Positions 1 through 10,164 of a stretch of 64,000 nucleotides of DNA are shown here, piece after piece. Position numbers and translations under genes: made by a program. The notes beneath the pieces are model-generated. The model saw only the letters and a program-made list of their open reading frames with translations, made no database searches and was not told the DNA's origin. The stretch is from the IMG/VR virus record IMGVR_UViG_3300020048_000034; one strand, 5' to 3'. Source of the stretch: an uncultured virus (IMG/VR IMGVR_UViG_3300020048_000034). Its lineage: Duplodnaviria > Heunggongvirae > Uroviricota > Caudoviricetes. Positions within the stretch are counted from its first letter, which is position 1; each line of letters starts with the position of its first letter.

Positions 1-360
1 TTTGAACTCTATGATACTTGCCCAAAGTGTAATGGATTAGGCAATAGAGTTGAACAACAGATAGTTAGAAACACTCAATCACTAACAAGAGTTCCTTGTA
101 TATTATGCCCTCCTAGAAAGTGTAATGCCTGTGACAATGGAACATTCACTCAAAGAAATGGTCGGAAGGTAACATGCTTAAAGTGTAAAGGATTAGGATT
201 ATTACCTGATAAAAGATGTGGTTGGTGTGGAGGAAAAGGTACTTTGAAGTATCAGTGTGAGATGGAAAATGTTACAGTCAAATGTATGTTGTGCTATGGA
301 ACAGGTAAAGTAAAAGTTGATCCTTTCAACCCTGTAATACCTAAAGGTGGAATCCTTTAA
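1..360 (+). CDS. DnaJ-type CxxCxGxG zinc-finger protein, 5' truncated by window edge
   Basis: Frame 1 is open from base 1 to TAA at 358-360; encodes CPKCNGLG, CLKCKGLG, CGWCGGKG, CMLCYGTG; not in the ORF track (no start in window). Confidence 0.75.
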   Translation, partial: FELYDTCPKCNGLGNRVEQQIVRNTQSLTRVPCILCPPRKCNACDNGTFTQRNGRKVTCLKCKGLGLLPDKRCGWCGGKGTLKYQCEMENVTVKCMLCYGTGKVKVDPFNPVIPKGGIL

Positions 361-676
361 ATGAGAAAAATATGCTAATAAAAACATTCAACGAAACATA
401 GATACTATAAATTTTGTAAAGTCACTGGTAAAAATATCATAGGAGGATTTAGCACTAAGGCTAAATGTGTGTATCAAGATATCAGTAATGCTATATGCGT
501 GGATCACGCAAACTGTTTTGATAAATGGTCTAAGTGTCCTATAAAAATGTCATTTCCAATGGAAAGTGCGGTTTTATTAGAATATATGAAATTCATTGTT
601 ACAATGGAAGGATTTAAAAACTCAAACTCTTATGATTACTTAGATAATGATCTTTATCCATATAAAGGAGAAAATA

Positions 677-880
677 ATGGATAACTTAATTGCTGACAAA
701 ATTGATATTACAGTATCTTATCCTGGAGATGAAATTCAAATTATTCTAAAAGGTGACTCACTTAGGCTTTATAGATTTGCAAAGCAGTTGCATGAAAAAG
801 CTGATGAAGATAGTATTTTTGAAGCTAATGTTCATGATATGAGAGTAGTTAAATTTACTCACACTATACCATTTAGTTAA
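677..880 (+). CDS. hypothetical protein
   Basis: AAGGAG RBS before ATG 677 within ORF 647..880. Confidence 0.6.
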   Translation: MDNLIADKIDITVSYPGDEIQIILKGDSLRLYRFAKQLHEKADEDSIFEANVHDMRVVKFTHTIPFS

Positions 881-987
881 AAATTATGAAAAAGAGATTA
901 ATTAAAAATTAGATTTATGCCCAAAGTGCCTATATAGTTTTGTTCTATTAATTCTTAGAAAGTTGAGTATCAAAAAGGAACTTAATT

Positions 988-1530
988 ATGGTAAAATATT
1001 TTACTATACAAAATTATTTAGAAAATTCACTTCAAACTGTCTCCACATCATTAGCCGCTGAATATCTAGGTATGAGTCCATCATCAGTTAGAAATTTAGT
1101 AACAACTAACTTATTAGATGCAATAATTATAAAGGGTAAAAAGAGATCTTGGACTCTTATTGAAATATCTATTTTAAAGGAGTATAAGAAAAAAAGCCCT
1201 GATCAACCTGAAGTGTATGATAAAATAAAGAAAATTCTATTAGAGATAGTTATAAAAAAAGAGGTAATATATTACTCAGACTTATTAGAAAAAATAGGAT
1301 TCACTTTTCGTAATCCTGTCCATAGACGGTTAATAAAAAAATATCTGTCCTTAATAGATGAATTTTCATTGAAAGAATACAATTTATTACTTTCCAATGT
1401 AGTCATTCTTAAAGGTACAAACTTACCAAACTCTGAGTTTTTTGAAGGTACTAAAGAGGAACATATTAATTACCTTAATAAAATATATAAAGGTATTGAA
1501 AAAGAAGTATTTATGACTCTTGAAACCTAA
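988..1530 (+). CDS. helix-turn-helix (excisionase/HTH_17-like) DNA-binding protein
   Basis: N-terminal STSLAAEYLGMSPSSVRNLV...L.A pattern. Confidence 0.6.
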   Translation: MVKYFTIQNYLENSLQTVSTSLAAEYLGMSPSSVRNLVTTNLLDAIIIKGKKRSWTLIEISILKEYKKKSPDQPEVYDKIKKILLEIVIKKEVIYYSDLLEKIGFTFRNPVHRRLIKKYLSLIDEFSLKEYNLLLSNVVILKGTNLPNSEFFEGTKEEHINYLNKIYKGIEKEVFMTLET

Positions 1531-1583
1531 ATAGGTTTATTTTCTAGAATTACTGGAAGTTAAACTTTAAAAAAGGAGAGATT

Positions 1584-1796
1584 ATGGATAACTGGAAATC
1601 CATTGAGACAATACCTAAAGATGGAACTATGGTTTTAACAAGTGATGGAAAAGAGTGTGTTGTTGGAAATCACCCACCAACTTGTGGATTAGGTAAGTGG
1701 AAAAAGGATGAAAAAGGTGAATGGTGCGGATCAGTATTTGTTAAATACTACAAACCTACTATTTGGACACACTTACCAAAACTTCCTGTACTGTAA
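1584..1796 (+). CDS. DUF551-like phage protein
   Basis: WKSIETIPKDG...PTIWTHLPKLP pattern; paralog of 9339..9638. Confidence 0.65.
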   Translation: MDNWKSIETIPKDGTMVLTSDGKECVVGNHPPTCGLGKWKKDEKGEWCGSVFVKYYKPTIWTHLPKLPVL

Positions 1797-1838
1797 AAAA
1801 TATGTAAAACTGCTTAAAAGTTCCATTGGAGAACTATC

Positions 1839-2141
1839 ATGAAAATAGCTATTATGAAAAATAAAGAACTAACTAAATTTGCTAAGTTAGTATTTGGGGA
1901 TATTATTGACACAGTATATAATTACGCAGATAATTATGATGAGGATGAAGTAAATGATTTCTTAGAAAGAGAACTAGGATGTGTTGAAACAATTAAAAAC
2001 AAAGAAGGGTGTCAAATGGTATTCGATACTTGCGACATACTGTTTAAATTTAAAAACGGAAAAGAGGTATTTATGACTCTTGAAGGCTCAGTAAATTTGT
2101 TTTCTAGAATTAATGTGGAATTACTTGAAGTTAAACTTTAA
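1839..2141 (+). CDS. hypothetical protein, paralog of 27824..28120
   Basis: Shared MKI.I.K...LT..A...FG.I...VY and C-terminal FSRI..E..E.K. Confidence 0.7.
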   Translation: MKIAIMKNKELTKFAKLVFGDIIDTVYNYADNYDEDEVNDFLERELGCVETIKNKEGCQMVFDTCDILFKFKNGKEVFMTLEGSVNLFSRINVELLEVKL

Positions 2142-2155
2142 AAAAAGGAGCTATT

Positions 2156-2440
2156 ATGAAAATTATTATCGTTTTGTTGATATTAATTAGTACTATAGCA
2201 ATAGCAGGTCCACCGCCAATGTGTGGAAGACCTTTTTACGCACCACCATTTAGACCAATGTATGCACCACCACCTTATGCACCACCGCCTTATGCACCAC
2301 CAAGGTATTCACCACCTTTTAGGCCAGGGTATGCACCGTCAATGTATCCCCAATACCCATCACCAAGGGTACCAATGTTTGTACCATGTTTACCAGGAAT
2401 CTCAATAGGTGGACCTGGATGGGGCATACGATTATGGTAA
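2156..2440 (+). CDS. exported proline-rich protein
   Basis: Signal-peptide-like MKIIIVLLILISTIAIA followed by YAPP repeats; AAGGAG RBS. Confidence 0.65.
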   Translation: MKIIIVLLILISTIAIAGPPPMCGRPFYAPPFRPMYAPPPYAPPPYAPPRYSPPFRPGYAPSMYPQYPSPRVPMFVPCLPGISIGGPGWGIRLW

Positions 2441-2500
2441 ATAACGATGTTCTATTTATATTTAGGAACAATAATATATAATGATTTTAAAGGAGGTATT

Positions 2501-3343
2501 ATGAAAAATTTTAAGTATGATACAATAGTTGAAATAGTGAACACCAATAGTTCTTTAGATGGAGTAACTGGAAAGATAAAAGGTATAGCACAAGACTTTG
2601 GAGACTATAAACACTATATTGTTTCTTGTGAAAAACCAATTAAAGATGATTTTACTTCAATTGCAATTACAGAACATTGTTTAATAAATGTGTAAGATTA
2701 TTATCCTTCTTTATTATAGAAGAAATTGAAAGGAAAATCATGCTAAATTGTGAAAAAGATGAAAATTTTCTCTGTGTAGTGTGTAAAACTCCTGCTCTTG
2801 CTAATTGCTTCTCAGAAGCAGGTAGAAGAGAGGTATTTAAGACAGGAATTTGCGAAAAATGTTTTGATGATCTTTTCAAAGAAGAAGATGAGGAAGAGGA
2901 TTGAGATATTACCTTTCCATTTTTATTTTTCTAAAATTAGAAAATCGACGTTTGACAAATTGATAAATATATGTTATTATTGTTAAACTTTAACTTTTTC
3001 ATAAAGGAAAATAAAAATGGAAAAACAAGAGGTATCAGAGGAAATCACTGATTATTGTATAGTTTATACTTACAATGGAGAGTTTCATGACAAAAAGAAA
3101 GTTCCTTTTACACCAATCGGTAATACTTTAATTGACGATATTGCTGTGGATGTTTGTTTTTTAGCAATGGCAAAGGAGTATGGGTTAGAATTTGGTGCAG
3201 AGAACTGTAAGATAATAGATAATTCTAATAGTTGGATGATAGAAACCACCTTCATAGGGACAGAATTAGAAGGATGGAAAATAAGTAATCAGATCTTTTA
3301 TGATAATGATATTAAATCATATTGCGTTCATGTGAAAAAATAA
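2501..3343 (+). CDS. three small hypothetical ORFs (2501..2695 SH3/KOW-like; 2740..2904 CxxC..CxxC; 3017..3343)
   Basis: Each is preceded by an AGGA(G) RBS. Confidence 0.6.
2952..2980 (+). promoter_or_regulatory. sigma70-type early promoter
   Basis: TTGACA-N17-TATTAT with extended -10 TG; AGAAAATCGAC motif at 2939-2949. Confidence 0.75.
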
Positions 3344-3356
3344 AAAGGAGATAGAT

Positions 3357-4274
3357 ATGAAAAGTGAGATTATTACTGTCACAATTTACAGGACTGGATT
3401 ATTAGTTTTTCCTCCAATTTTGGCAGAAAAATTTAACATTACTGTACCAGGAAAAGTAAGTGTTACATGGGAGAGTAATGTAATTAAATTTTACTTTAAA
3501 CCTGTTAATCTCGAAGGGGATATTTTAAGATTTGGTCTTGATAAATATAAAAAAGTAAGTATTTCAGTTAAGAGAATATTAACTCAAAATAAAATTGTTT
3601 TAACAAGAGTAACAAAGTATAATGTTCAATTGGATACAGATACTTTAGAATGTATATTAAGTCTAGATGAAAAATTAGAAAAAGAGTGTATTGAAACTTC
3701 AAAGGAAACATTAATAGAAAATCTAGAGGAAGATATAGAAGAATTAAAATCTGAAAATAAAGAGCCAATTAAAACAGCAAAAGAAGAAATAGGAACCTTT
3801 AAGCAGATTACATTTAATCATTTAATACCAGAACCAATTGTGACAGTAATGGGTAATGGATATTTTAAATTCAACAGATTAGCGAGAGCATATATATCAG
3901 AGAGAAGTAGATATGTTGATATTTTCTTTGATAAGGAAAATAGGAGAATAGGATTTAGATTCCTGAATAAATCTGAAAATGGCAGTAATTCTTATAAACT
4001 TGAAAAGCGTGGGTATGATAGAAAATCTCAGGATTACATAGAAATATCTTTTCAATCTAATAGGATAGTAAATAAATATTTTAAATTTAAATTATTGGAA
4101 AAGTATAAATACTCTTTGTATTTTAATAAAGAATATGATCTTTGTTGGATACAGCTAGGTAAAGAAACTGAAAAAATAAATATTGAAAAAGAGTTACTTG
4201 AGATTAGATCTCTTTTATATGAATTGAGAGGAAAAACCAATGATATACCAAGAGAAGCAGAGGGTAGTGTATAA
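3357..4274 (+). CDS. hypothetical protein with two related beta-rich domains
   Basis: VTIYRTGLLVF...IKFYF and VTVMGNGYFKF...IGFRF repeats separated by an E/K-rich linker. Confidence 0.6.
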   Translation: MKSEIITVTIYRTGLLVFPPILAEKFNITVPGKVSVTWESNVIKFYFKPVNLEGDILRFGLDKYKKVSISVKRILTQNKIVLTRVTKYNVQLDTDTLECILSLDEKLEKECIETSKETLIENLEEDIEELKSENKEPIKTAKEEIGTFKQITFNHLIPEPIVTVMGNGYFKFNRLARAYISERSRYVDIFFDKENRRIGFRFLNKSENGSNSYKLEKRGYDRKSQDYIEISFQSNRIVNKYFKFKLLEKYKYSLYFNKEYDLCWIQLGKETEKINIEKELLEIRSLLYELRGKTNDIPREAEGSV

Positions 4275-4806
4275 ACATAATGATAAATACTTCACTGGAG
4301 TTATTTTTTCCTATTATGAAAAAACCAAAAGTTACTATTTATTGCCTGATAAGAATGACTTTGATTTTAAATTATACATTTCAGAACAAAATATAATTGG
4401 AGTAACAAAGAGTAAGGCATATCATGAAATACCAGGGGACAAACTAAAATATTTCTTAGAAGGAGTATTAGATATGAAAAAGAAATTAATATATGGATCA
4501 ATATATTTTAACACTTTTCAAAAAAGTATTGATAATGAATCTTTAAAGCATAAAATATATGATCAAATAGAAAAAATGCTAGATGATGAGGAGTTTAAAG
4601 ATTGGACAATTCATTTTGATGTTAATCCTATTTTTACAATAGATCAATTCTCTCATGTTTTAAATTTCTATGGCTTCATAGAAAATAGTAATGAGGAATG
4701 TGAGATTACAAGACTTTTATTTGGTAAACTTTTAAAGTATCAATTTATCCATCTTACTGATTTCTACATTGTCGATTTCTTCATAAATTGCAAATTAGAA
4801 AAGTAA
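4240..4806 (+). CDS. Tudor/SH3-like repeat-family domain fused to a domain paralogous to 7001..7387
   Basis: YQEKQRVVY..YFTGVI...IIG...EIP..KL.YFL; internal GAAGGAG RBS plus in-frame ATG at 4474. Confidence 0.65.
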   Translation: MIYQEKQRVVYKHNDKYFTGVIFSYYEKTKSYYLLPDKNDFDFKLYISEQNIIGVTKSKAYHEIPGDKLKYFLEGVLDMKKKLIYGSIYFNTFQKSIDNESLKHKIYDQIEKMLDDEEFKDWTIHFDVNPIFTIDQFSHVLNFYGFIENSNEECEITRLLFGKLLKYQFIHLTDFYIVDFFINCKLEK

Positions 4807-4818
4807 AAAGGAATTAAC

Positions 4819-5115
4819 ATGGAAAATGGAGTAATAGAATTAATTAAAGAAATTATTAGAAGCAAAGCTAAAGGAGAATTTTCCTATTCTGATTATTATA
4901 CTATTGAGTTTCTTGGTTCTTTTTCTATTAAGAACTTAAAAGTTGAAGCTTCAAAAGACAATCTTTTAGATATAATTGGAATATTTGAAACTACTCAATA
5001 TATTATACAATACAAAGTATTTAAAGACTCCGAGTTAGTTACTCAAAGTGATCTAGGATACAATGAAGGATACTTTAAAAAATGGAGGATTAAATACTCT
5101 TTTGAAGAGGAATAA
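4819..5115 (+). CDS. hypothetical protein, paralog of 7396..7626
   Basis: Shared IE...S.S....S...LL.I...FE....I.QYKV......GY....FKKW. Confidence 0.7.
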   Translation: MENGVIELIKEIIRSKAKGEFSYSDYYTIEFLGSFSIKNLKVEASKDNLLDIIGIFETTQYIIQYKVFKDSELVTQSDLGYNEGYFKKWRIKYSFEEE

Positions 5116-5334
5116 TAAATGAAAACATTAAGTGAAGTGAATTCTATTTTGCAAACAATTCCAGAACCTTGGAGATATAAATGGTGTTGTGCAGAAAAGT
5201 GTGCGTGTGTTGGGTGTGTACAAATTGGAAATAGAGTCATAATGTAGGAAGAAGTAAATGGAAGAAAATTTAGAGGAGATCCTGAACATATAAATGAAAA
5301 AAGCATCCCATTAGAAATTTATCAAAAATATAAA

Positions 5335-5560
5335 GTCACCTACCACGGGGCTTGTCCCATGACTTGTGACCAGACTCAGTGCATCTAGATGCACTACGTT
5401 AAGGGAAGAATACATAGGTACTAGTGGGTGCTTCTCCAGCCCACTGCTCTACGCTTGGGTATTAAACAGTTAAGATAGAACAGTGTATCCAAGATTCAAA
5501 ACCTTCCATTAACATTGTCGAGGAGAACTTTACAGTTACGACTAGACTTAGGAGGAATCC
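5335..5560 (+). ncRNA. omegaRNA (HEARO-like) scaffold
   Basis: Non-coding GC-richer leader upstream of iscB with typical segments (GACCAGACTCAG, CTACGTT, TGCTTCTCCAGC..GCTCT, AACATTGTCGAGGAGA). Confidence 0.8.
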
Positions 5561-5564
5561 TACT

Positions 5565-6875
5565 TTGCCTCAGAAAACAGTAAAACCTTCAAACAGAGTA
5601 TTTGTTTTAAACAAAGATAAACAGCCTTTATCTCCCTGCCACCCTGCCAGAGCAAGAGAGTTGCTATGTAAGAAGAAAGCTAGAGTCTTTAGAATGTATC
5701 CTTTCACAATTATTCTTAGAAAACAGAAGATAAACCCAGTGTTTCAGGATACTAGAGTTAAAATAGACCCAGGGTCTAAAACAACTGGAATAGCAGTAAT
5801 CTTAGAGGGTGAGAAGAAAAAATGGTTTTTAGTTTGGGCAGCAAATCTAGAACATAAAGGTCATGCTATAGTTAAGAAACTTCTAGCTAGGAGACAGTTA
5901 AGAAGATCTAGAAGAAATCGTAAAACTAGATACAGACAACCTATGTTCTCTAACAGAAAAGCTTCAAAACCTCATGGTTGGCTTCCTCCTAGTCTTTTGT
6001 CTAGAGTTAACAATGTTACTACATGGATTAAAAGAATTCAGAGATTCTGCTACATTGAGTCTTGTACTGTAGAAACTGTGAAGTTTGACACTCAAAAAAT
6101 ACAGAACTCTGAGATTAAAGGTATTGAATACCAGCAAGGAGAACTCCAAGGGTACGAAGTAAAAGAGTACCTTCTAGAGAAATACAAGAGAACTTGTGTT
6201 TACTGTGGTAAGCAAAATGTACCACTAGAAGTAGAACACATAGTTCCTAGAAGTAAGAATGGGAGTAATCGTATTTCAAACCTAGCAATAGCTTGTCACA
6301 CCTGTAATCAGAAAAAAGGTAATACTGTTCTAGAAGAGTTTTTAAAGAATAATTCTAAACTTTTAAAGAAAATTAAAAAAGGTTTGAAACAGAGTCTCTC
6401 TGATGTAGCTGCTGTAAACTCCACTAGAAAGAAGATAAAAGAAGAGTTAAAGAAACTCATTCCTGAAACTTCTTTCTCCTATGGATACATTACAAAGTAC
6501 AACAGACTTAAACAAAAATATAACAAAGATCACTGGGTAGATGCAGCATGTGTAGGGAAATATAGTGGAATAGTATTTATTCCTAAAAGATTTAAACCTT
6601 TAAGGATTAAAGCTAATGGAAGAGGACATCGTAGATTCTGCTCTATGGATAAATTTGGGTTTCCAAAGTCTAAACCTAGACAGAGAAGGAAGCAGATAGA
6701 GGGAGTTCAATCTAATGATGTAGTTAGAGTAGTTCATAAAAGAGGTACTTTTGTAGGTAGAGTAGGTCTTTCTAACGACCAATTTGTGATGAAGATAGAA
6801 TCTGGATACATAAGATTTAAAGCTAGTGACTGTGAAATTTTACACAAGGAGGACGGATATGCATACAGTGTTTAA
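5565..6875 (+). CDS. iscB: RNA-guided endonuclease IscB
   Basis: PLMP/RRXRR N-terminus (VFVLNKDKQPLSPCHPARAR), RuvC-I IDPGSK, Arg-rich bridge helix, RuvC-II VE, HNH (EHIVPRS..G.N...NL...C..CN), RuvC-III HWVDA; GGAGG RBS before TTG. Confidence 0.95.
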   Translation: MPQKTVKPSNRVFVLNKDKQPLSPCHPARARELLCKKKARVFRMYPFTIILRKQKINPVFQDTRVKIDPGSKTTGIAVILEGEKKKWFLVWAANLEHKGHAIVKKLLARRQLRRSRRNRKTRYRQPMFSNRKASKPHGWLPPSLLSRVNNVTTWIKRIQRFCYIESCTVETVKFDTQKIQNSEIKGIEYQQGELQGYEVKEYLLEKYKRTCVYCGKQNVPLEVEHIVPRSKNGSNRISNLAIACHTCNQKKGNTVLEEFLKNNSKLLKKIKKGLKQSLSDVAAVNSTRKKIKEELKKLIPETSFSYGYITKYNRLKQKYNKDHWVDAACVGKYSGIVFIPKRFKPLRIKANGRGHRRFCSMDKFGFPKSKPRQRRKQIEGVQSNDVVRVVHKRGTFVGRVGLSNDQFVMKIESGYIRFKASDCEILHKEDGYAYSV

Positions 6876-7000
6876 TCAATAATAGGCGATTCATCAATGG
6901 CAAGCCCCGATGTTTTCTCGTACTCTCATATAACAAAAGAAGAGTGGGAATATTGGAAAAATAATATCTAAAAAATTAAAAGATCAATAGGAGGAATAAA

Positions 7001-7626
7001 ATGGTAAAAATTGTTGGAGGTTTTATGTTTTTAGAAAAACAATTAGATTATGCTTCCGAAGAATTAAAAAATATAATATACTATAAAATGGATAATGATA
7101 TTGATGAAGATGAACTTGGAAAATATTTTGTAAATGGAGAATTACATTTTAATGTGGATATTATTTCACCAATAAGATTTTTTTCAAGTGATATTCTACT
7201 ATTGAGTTTTTATGGATTTGCAGATACAGAAGAACATAGTTGTGTAGAAATTCATGATAAATTAAAAGAATTAATAGAGAATCAACTCTCTACACTAGAT
7301 GGACTTTCTATTATGCACTCTAATGTTTTTGTAACAAATACTGTCCATAGTGCTACAACAGTATTTAAAAAACTAAAAGATCAATAGGAGGAATTATGAT
7401 AATAATTGAATATGTTAGTTCTCAATCACGGGATTGTTATACTATTGTCATTTCTAGAGAAGCGCTACTTTCTATATGTGATGCTTTTGAAGAAGCGAAA
7501 CAGATACTACAGTACAAGGTGTATGATATTCCTATAAGAGTCGCACCTCATTACTTCGGGTATTCTAATACACATTTTAAAAAGTGGGTACAAGATTTTT
7601 CGGAAGATGTTTTTAAACGAAAATAA
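7001..7626 (+). CDS. two hypothetical ORFs (7001..7387, 7396..7626), paralogous to the 4474-5115 pair
   Basis: GGAGG RBSs; sequence similarity seen by eye. Confidence 0.7.
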
Positions 7627-7646
7627 TTCTTTAAATAGGAGTAATT

Positions 7647-8078
7647 ATGCTTTATACCATAGGATTTTCAGGCCACAATGCAAAAGATTTCTTCTTAAAA
7701 TTAAGGGATAACGAAGTTAAACTTATCCTTGACGTTAGATTGTTTAATGTCTCCCAATTATCAGGGTTTGCAAAACGAGATGATTTAAAATTTTTTCTAT
7801 CTGAACTCTGCACTTGTGAGTATAAACATATCTTAAAACTTGCTCCAACTAAATCTTTGTTAGATGACTACAAAGCTAATAGAATTGATTGGAATGAGTA
7901 TGAAAAACAATTTTATACACTTATGAAAGAAAGAGATGTAGCTAAGAAAGTTAGCGTAAAAGACTTGGATAACGCTTGTTTATTGTGTAGTGAAAATACT
8001 CCAGATAAATGTCATAGACGTTTAGTAGCTGAATATTTTCAAAAAGAATTTCCTAAGTTGAGGATAAAACATCTATAA
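7647..8078 (+). CDS. DUF488 family protein
   Basis: LYTIGFS...DVRL...SQLSGFAK.DDL...LLCSE.....CHRRLVAE. Confidence 0.9.
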   Translation: MLYTIGFSGHNAKDFFLKLRDNEVKLILDVRLFNVSQLSGFAKRDDLKFFLSELCTCEYKHILKLAPTKSLLDDYKANRIDWNEYEKQFYTLMKERDVAKKVSVKDLDNACLLCSENTPDKCHRRLVAEYFQKEFPKLRIKHL

Positions 8079-8087
8079 TGGAGGAAT

Positions 8088-8737
8088 ATGATATTAATAA
8101 ATATTGAAGAAAAATCTATAAAAGAAGATCATATTTCATACTATGTTAAAAGACAGTACAAAGATGGAAAAGAATATATATCGTTGTATGAAGTAAAAAG
8201 GTATCATTATATTCATCCTCAATCAGAAGGAATGAGTACTATTTCTCAAATTGATTCAGAACTACTTTGTTCAATTAATATCAATGAATTGATAGCCTCC
8301 CCTTTACTTTTATTGGAAAATGCTTTAAACAATGTGAAACTTTTAAAGTCAAAACTAATGGAGGAACAGTGAAAAAGAATATAGTAATGAAATACTTACA
8401 AAGAGAGGAGTTTACAATTATCTGTAAAGAGATATTACAGAAAGAGTGTACTAATAAAGAAGTAATTGATAGTCTTTGTGATGTGTCACCAATTAAAGAT
8501 GTAAATGGAATTGTACTATATGAAAGTAAGATAAATGGAGGAGTATTTGCCATTTGTTTATTTCTTGATGAAAATGATAATCTAAGAATTGTAGAGCTAA
8601 TGGATAATTTAATATTTGCTTATGTTGAGTATTTTAATTTGCATGAAAAGATAAAAGCTGATCTTATAGATAGTATTAATATGCAATATGGTTCAGAAAG
8701 AGTAATACGGAAATTTGAGGAAGAACGATATTTCTAA
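8088..8737 (+). CDS. two hypothetical ORFs (8088..8372, 8369..8737)
   Basis: RBS and GTGA start/stop overlap. Confidence 0.6.
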
Positions 8738-8750
8738 TAGGAGATAAATT

Positions 8751-9311
8751 ATGAAGTACAAAGAAAATGATAGAATAGTTGCTAGAATTTATTCAGAAAA
8801 TCGAACTGAAACAAGGAACTTTCTTGCTACGGTATTTGCTGTTTTAGAGACTGGAGTTATTGCTATATTAGATATTAGTCCTTCAATTAAGTATGAAATT
8901 AGTAATGAAGATATTATTGGTAGAGCTATTGATAGGCACTATAGAAATGCAATAGAAGAAGATCAACTTCCATATTATATGAATATTCCATTAGAAGAAA
9001 AATTAGAATCAGTGAGAAATTATTTTGAGATACGAAGTAATGGTTTTTATAAAGACCAACATATTTTTGTTTCTTCACAAGAAGAACTAAAAAGAAGAAA
9101 AGAAACCTGGAAATTAGATGGAGAACCACATGTATGGATGTTAGAAGAAATTAATTCTGTTTATGAAGTCTGGAAGGATGCTGCTTATAATCAAATTGTT
9201 TTATTAAAGAATGGAAATGCTGTTAATCATGGAGTTAATATAATTACTTTTTGTGATGTAATAGTAGTAGATAAGAACTATTTTGATGTTTCAAAGTATT
9301 TATGGTTTTGA
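8751..9311 (+). CDS. Tudor/SH3-like repeat-family domain protein
   Basis: YKENDRIV...FLATV...LD...EISNEDIIGRA......I...QL.YYM. Confidence 0.65.
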   Translation: MKYKENDRIVARIYSENRTETRNFLATVFAVLETGVIAILDISPSIKYEISNEDIIGRAIDRHYRNAIEEDQLPYYMNIPLEEKLESVRNYFEIRSNGFYKDQHIFVSSQEELKRRKETWKLDGEPHVWMLEEINSVYEVWKDAAYNQIVLLKNGNAVNHGVNIITFCDVIVVDKNYFDVSKYLWF

Positions 9312-9338
9312 TTGATGAAAGATAAGAAAGGAAAAATT

Positions 9339-9638
9339 ATGGAATGGAAATCAATTGATTCTTTACCAAGAGATGGAAAAATGGTTCTTTTATATGATCC
9401 TAAAACTAAAGCTTACAAGGTAGGCAATCATCCTGAGAATTATTTACTAGGTATCTGGTTTTATGATAAAAGGGAAAAAGAGTGGTATGGTTCAAGTTTT
9501 TATCCTCTTTTTAATCCAATGTTCTATATGGAACTACCTAAACCTCCTAAGGTAGTCAAAGAAAAAGAACTTACTAATCAGGAAATAGTTAATAAATTAA
9601 ATTCTTTAAACTTTGATAGGATCACGAAAGGAAAATAG
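9339..9638 (+). CDS. DUF551-like phage protein
   Basis: WKSIDSLPRDG...VGNHP...MELPKPP. Confidence 0.65.
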   Translation: MEWKSIDSLPRDGKMVLLYDPKTKAYKVGNHPENYLLGIWFYDKREKEWYGSSFYPLFNPMFYMELPKPPKVVKEKELTNQEIVNKLNSLNFDRITKGK

Positions 9639-9640
9639 AA

Positions 9641-10162
9641 ATGAATTCTCCTATAAAACAAGAAACTTTTTCTTTAGAAGGTATTAAAGATATTCTTAAA
9701 TTAGCAACAATGGAAGGTCTAATATATGTAGGCCAAGCAAAAAAGGTATTTAAACTATTTGATAGTGTTTATGAAGAAAATAAAGAGAAATTTAAAATGA
9801 GAGATTGTAAATCATTCTATATAAAAGATGGAATGAGATTGGCAGTACTTGATATAGCATTAATACATCCTGAATTTGTTAAAGGATATTATCCATCTTT
9901 AGATTCTTCAAAAACATGGTTTTACTTTCATAGATTGAATGTTCCAGAAAAGATAAGAAGAAAAAACCATGCAAACAATCTCTTAGAAGAGATGTGCGAG
10001 TGGGTAGATGTAAATAATGTTAATATTATTAATGAAGTTTCTCCTTATTCAGATGGAGGACTAGATTTAAAACAATTAATTAAATTGTATGAAAAATTTG
10101 GTTTTGTGTTAATCAATCCAGATGAAAAAGTAATGATCAGAGAAGCTAAAAAAGGAAAATAA
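9641..10162 (+). CDS. GNAT-family acetyltransferase
   Basis: LNVPEKIRRKNHANNLL (motif A-like) and LIKLYEKFGF (motif B). Confidence 0.75.
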   Translation: MNSPIKQETFSLEGIKDILKLATMEGLIYVGQAKKVFKLFDSVYEENKEKFKMRDCKSFYIKDGMRLAVLDIALIHPEFVKGYYPSLDSSKTWFYFHRLNVPEKIRRKNHANNLLEEMCEWVDVNNVNIINEVSPYSDGGLDLKQLIKLYEKFGFVLINPDEKVMIREAKKGK

Positions 10163-10164
10163 AA

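Larger units (their letters stand above)
5335..6929 (+). mobile_element. IS200/IS605-family IscB (OMEGA) element, non-autonomous (no tnpA)
   Basis: Starts GTCACCTACC (IscB-like end); hairpin ends carry GGGGCTTG / CAAGCCCC; boundaries restore the host ORF; ATAA lies immediately 3'. Confidence 0.85.
5119..6971 (+). pseudogene. small Cys-rich gene interrupted by the IscB element
   Basis: ATG 5119 ...EIYQKYK (ends 5334) rejoins in frame with ITKEEWEYWKNNI-TAA (6930-6971) when 5335-6929 is removed; extra in-frame TAG at 5245-5247. Confidence 0.7.

Noticed and set aside
5245..5247. In-frame TAG suggesting stop-codon recoding (genetic code 15)
   Set aside because: Many genes end in TAG immediately followed by an RBS and new start (e.g. 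7387, 8737, 11616), and long ORFs are intact under code 11. This TAG lies in an already IS-disrupted gene.
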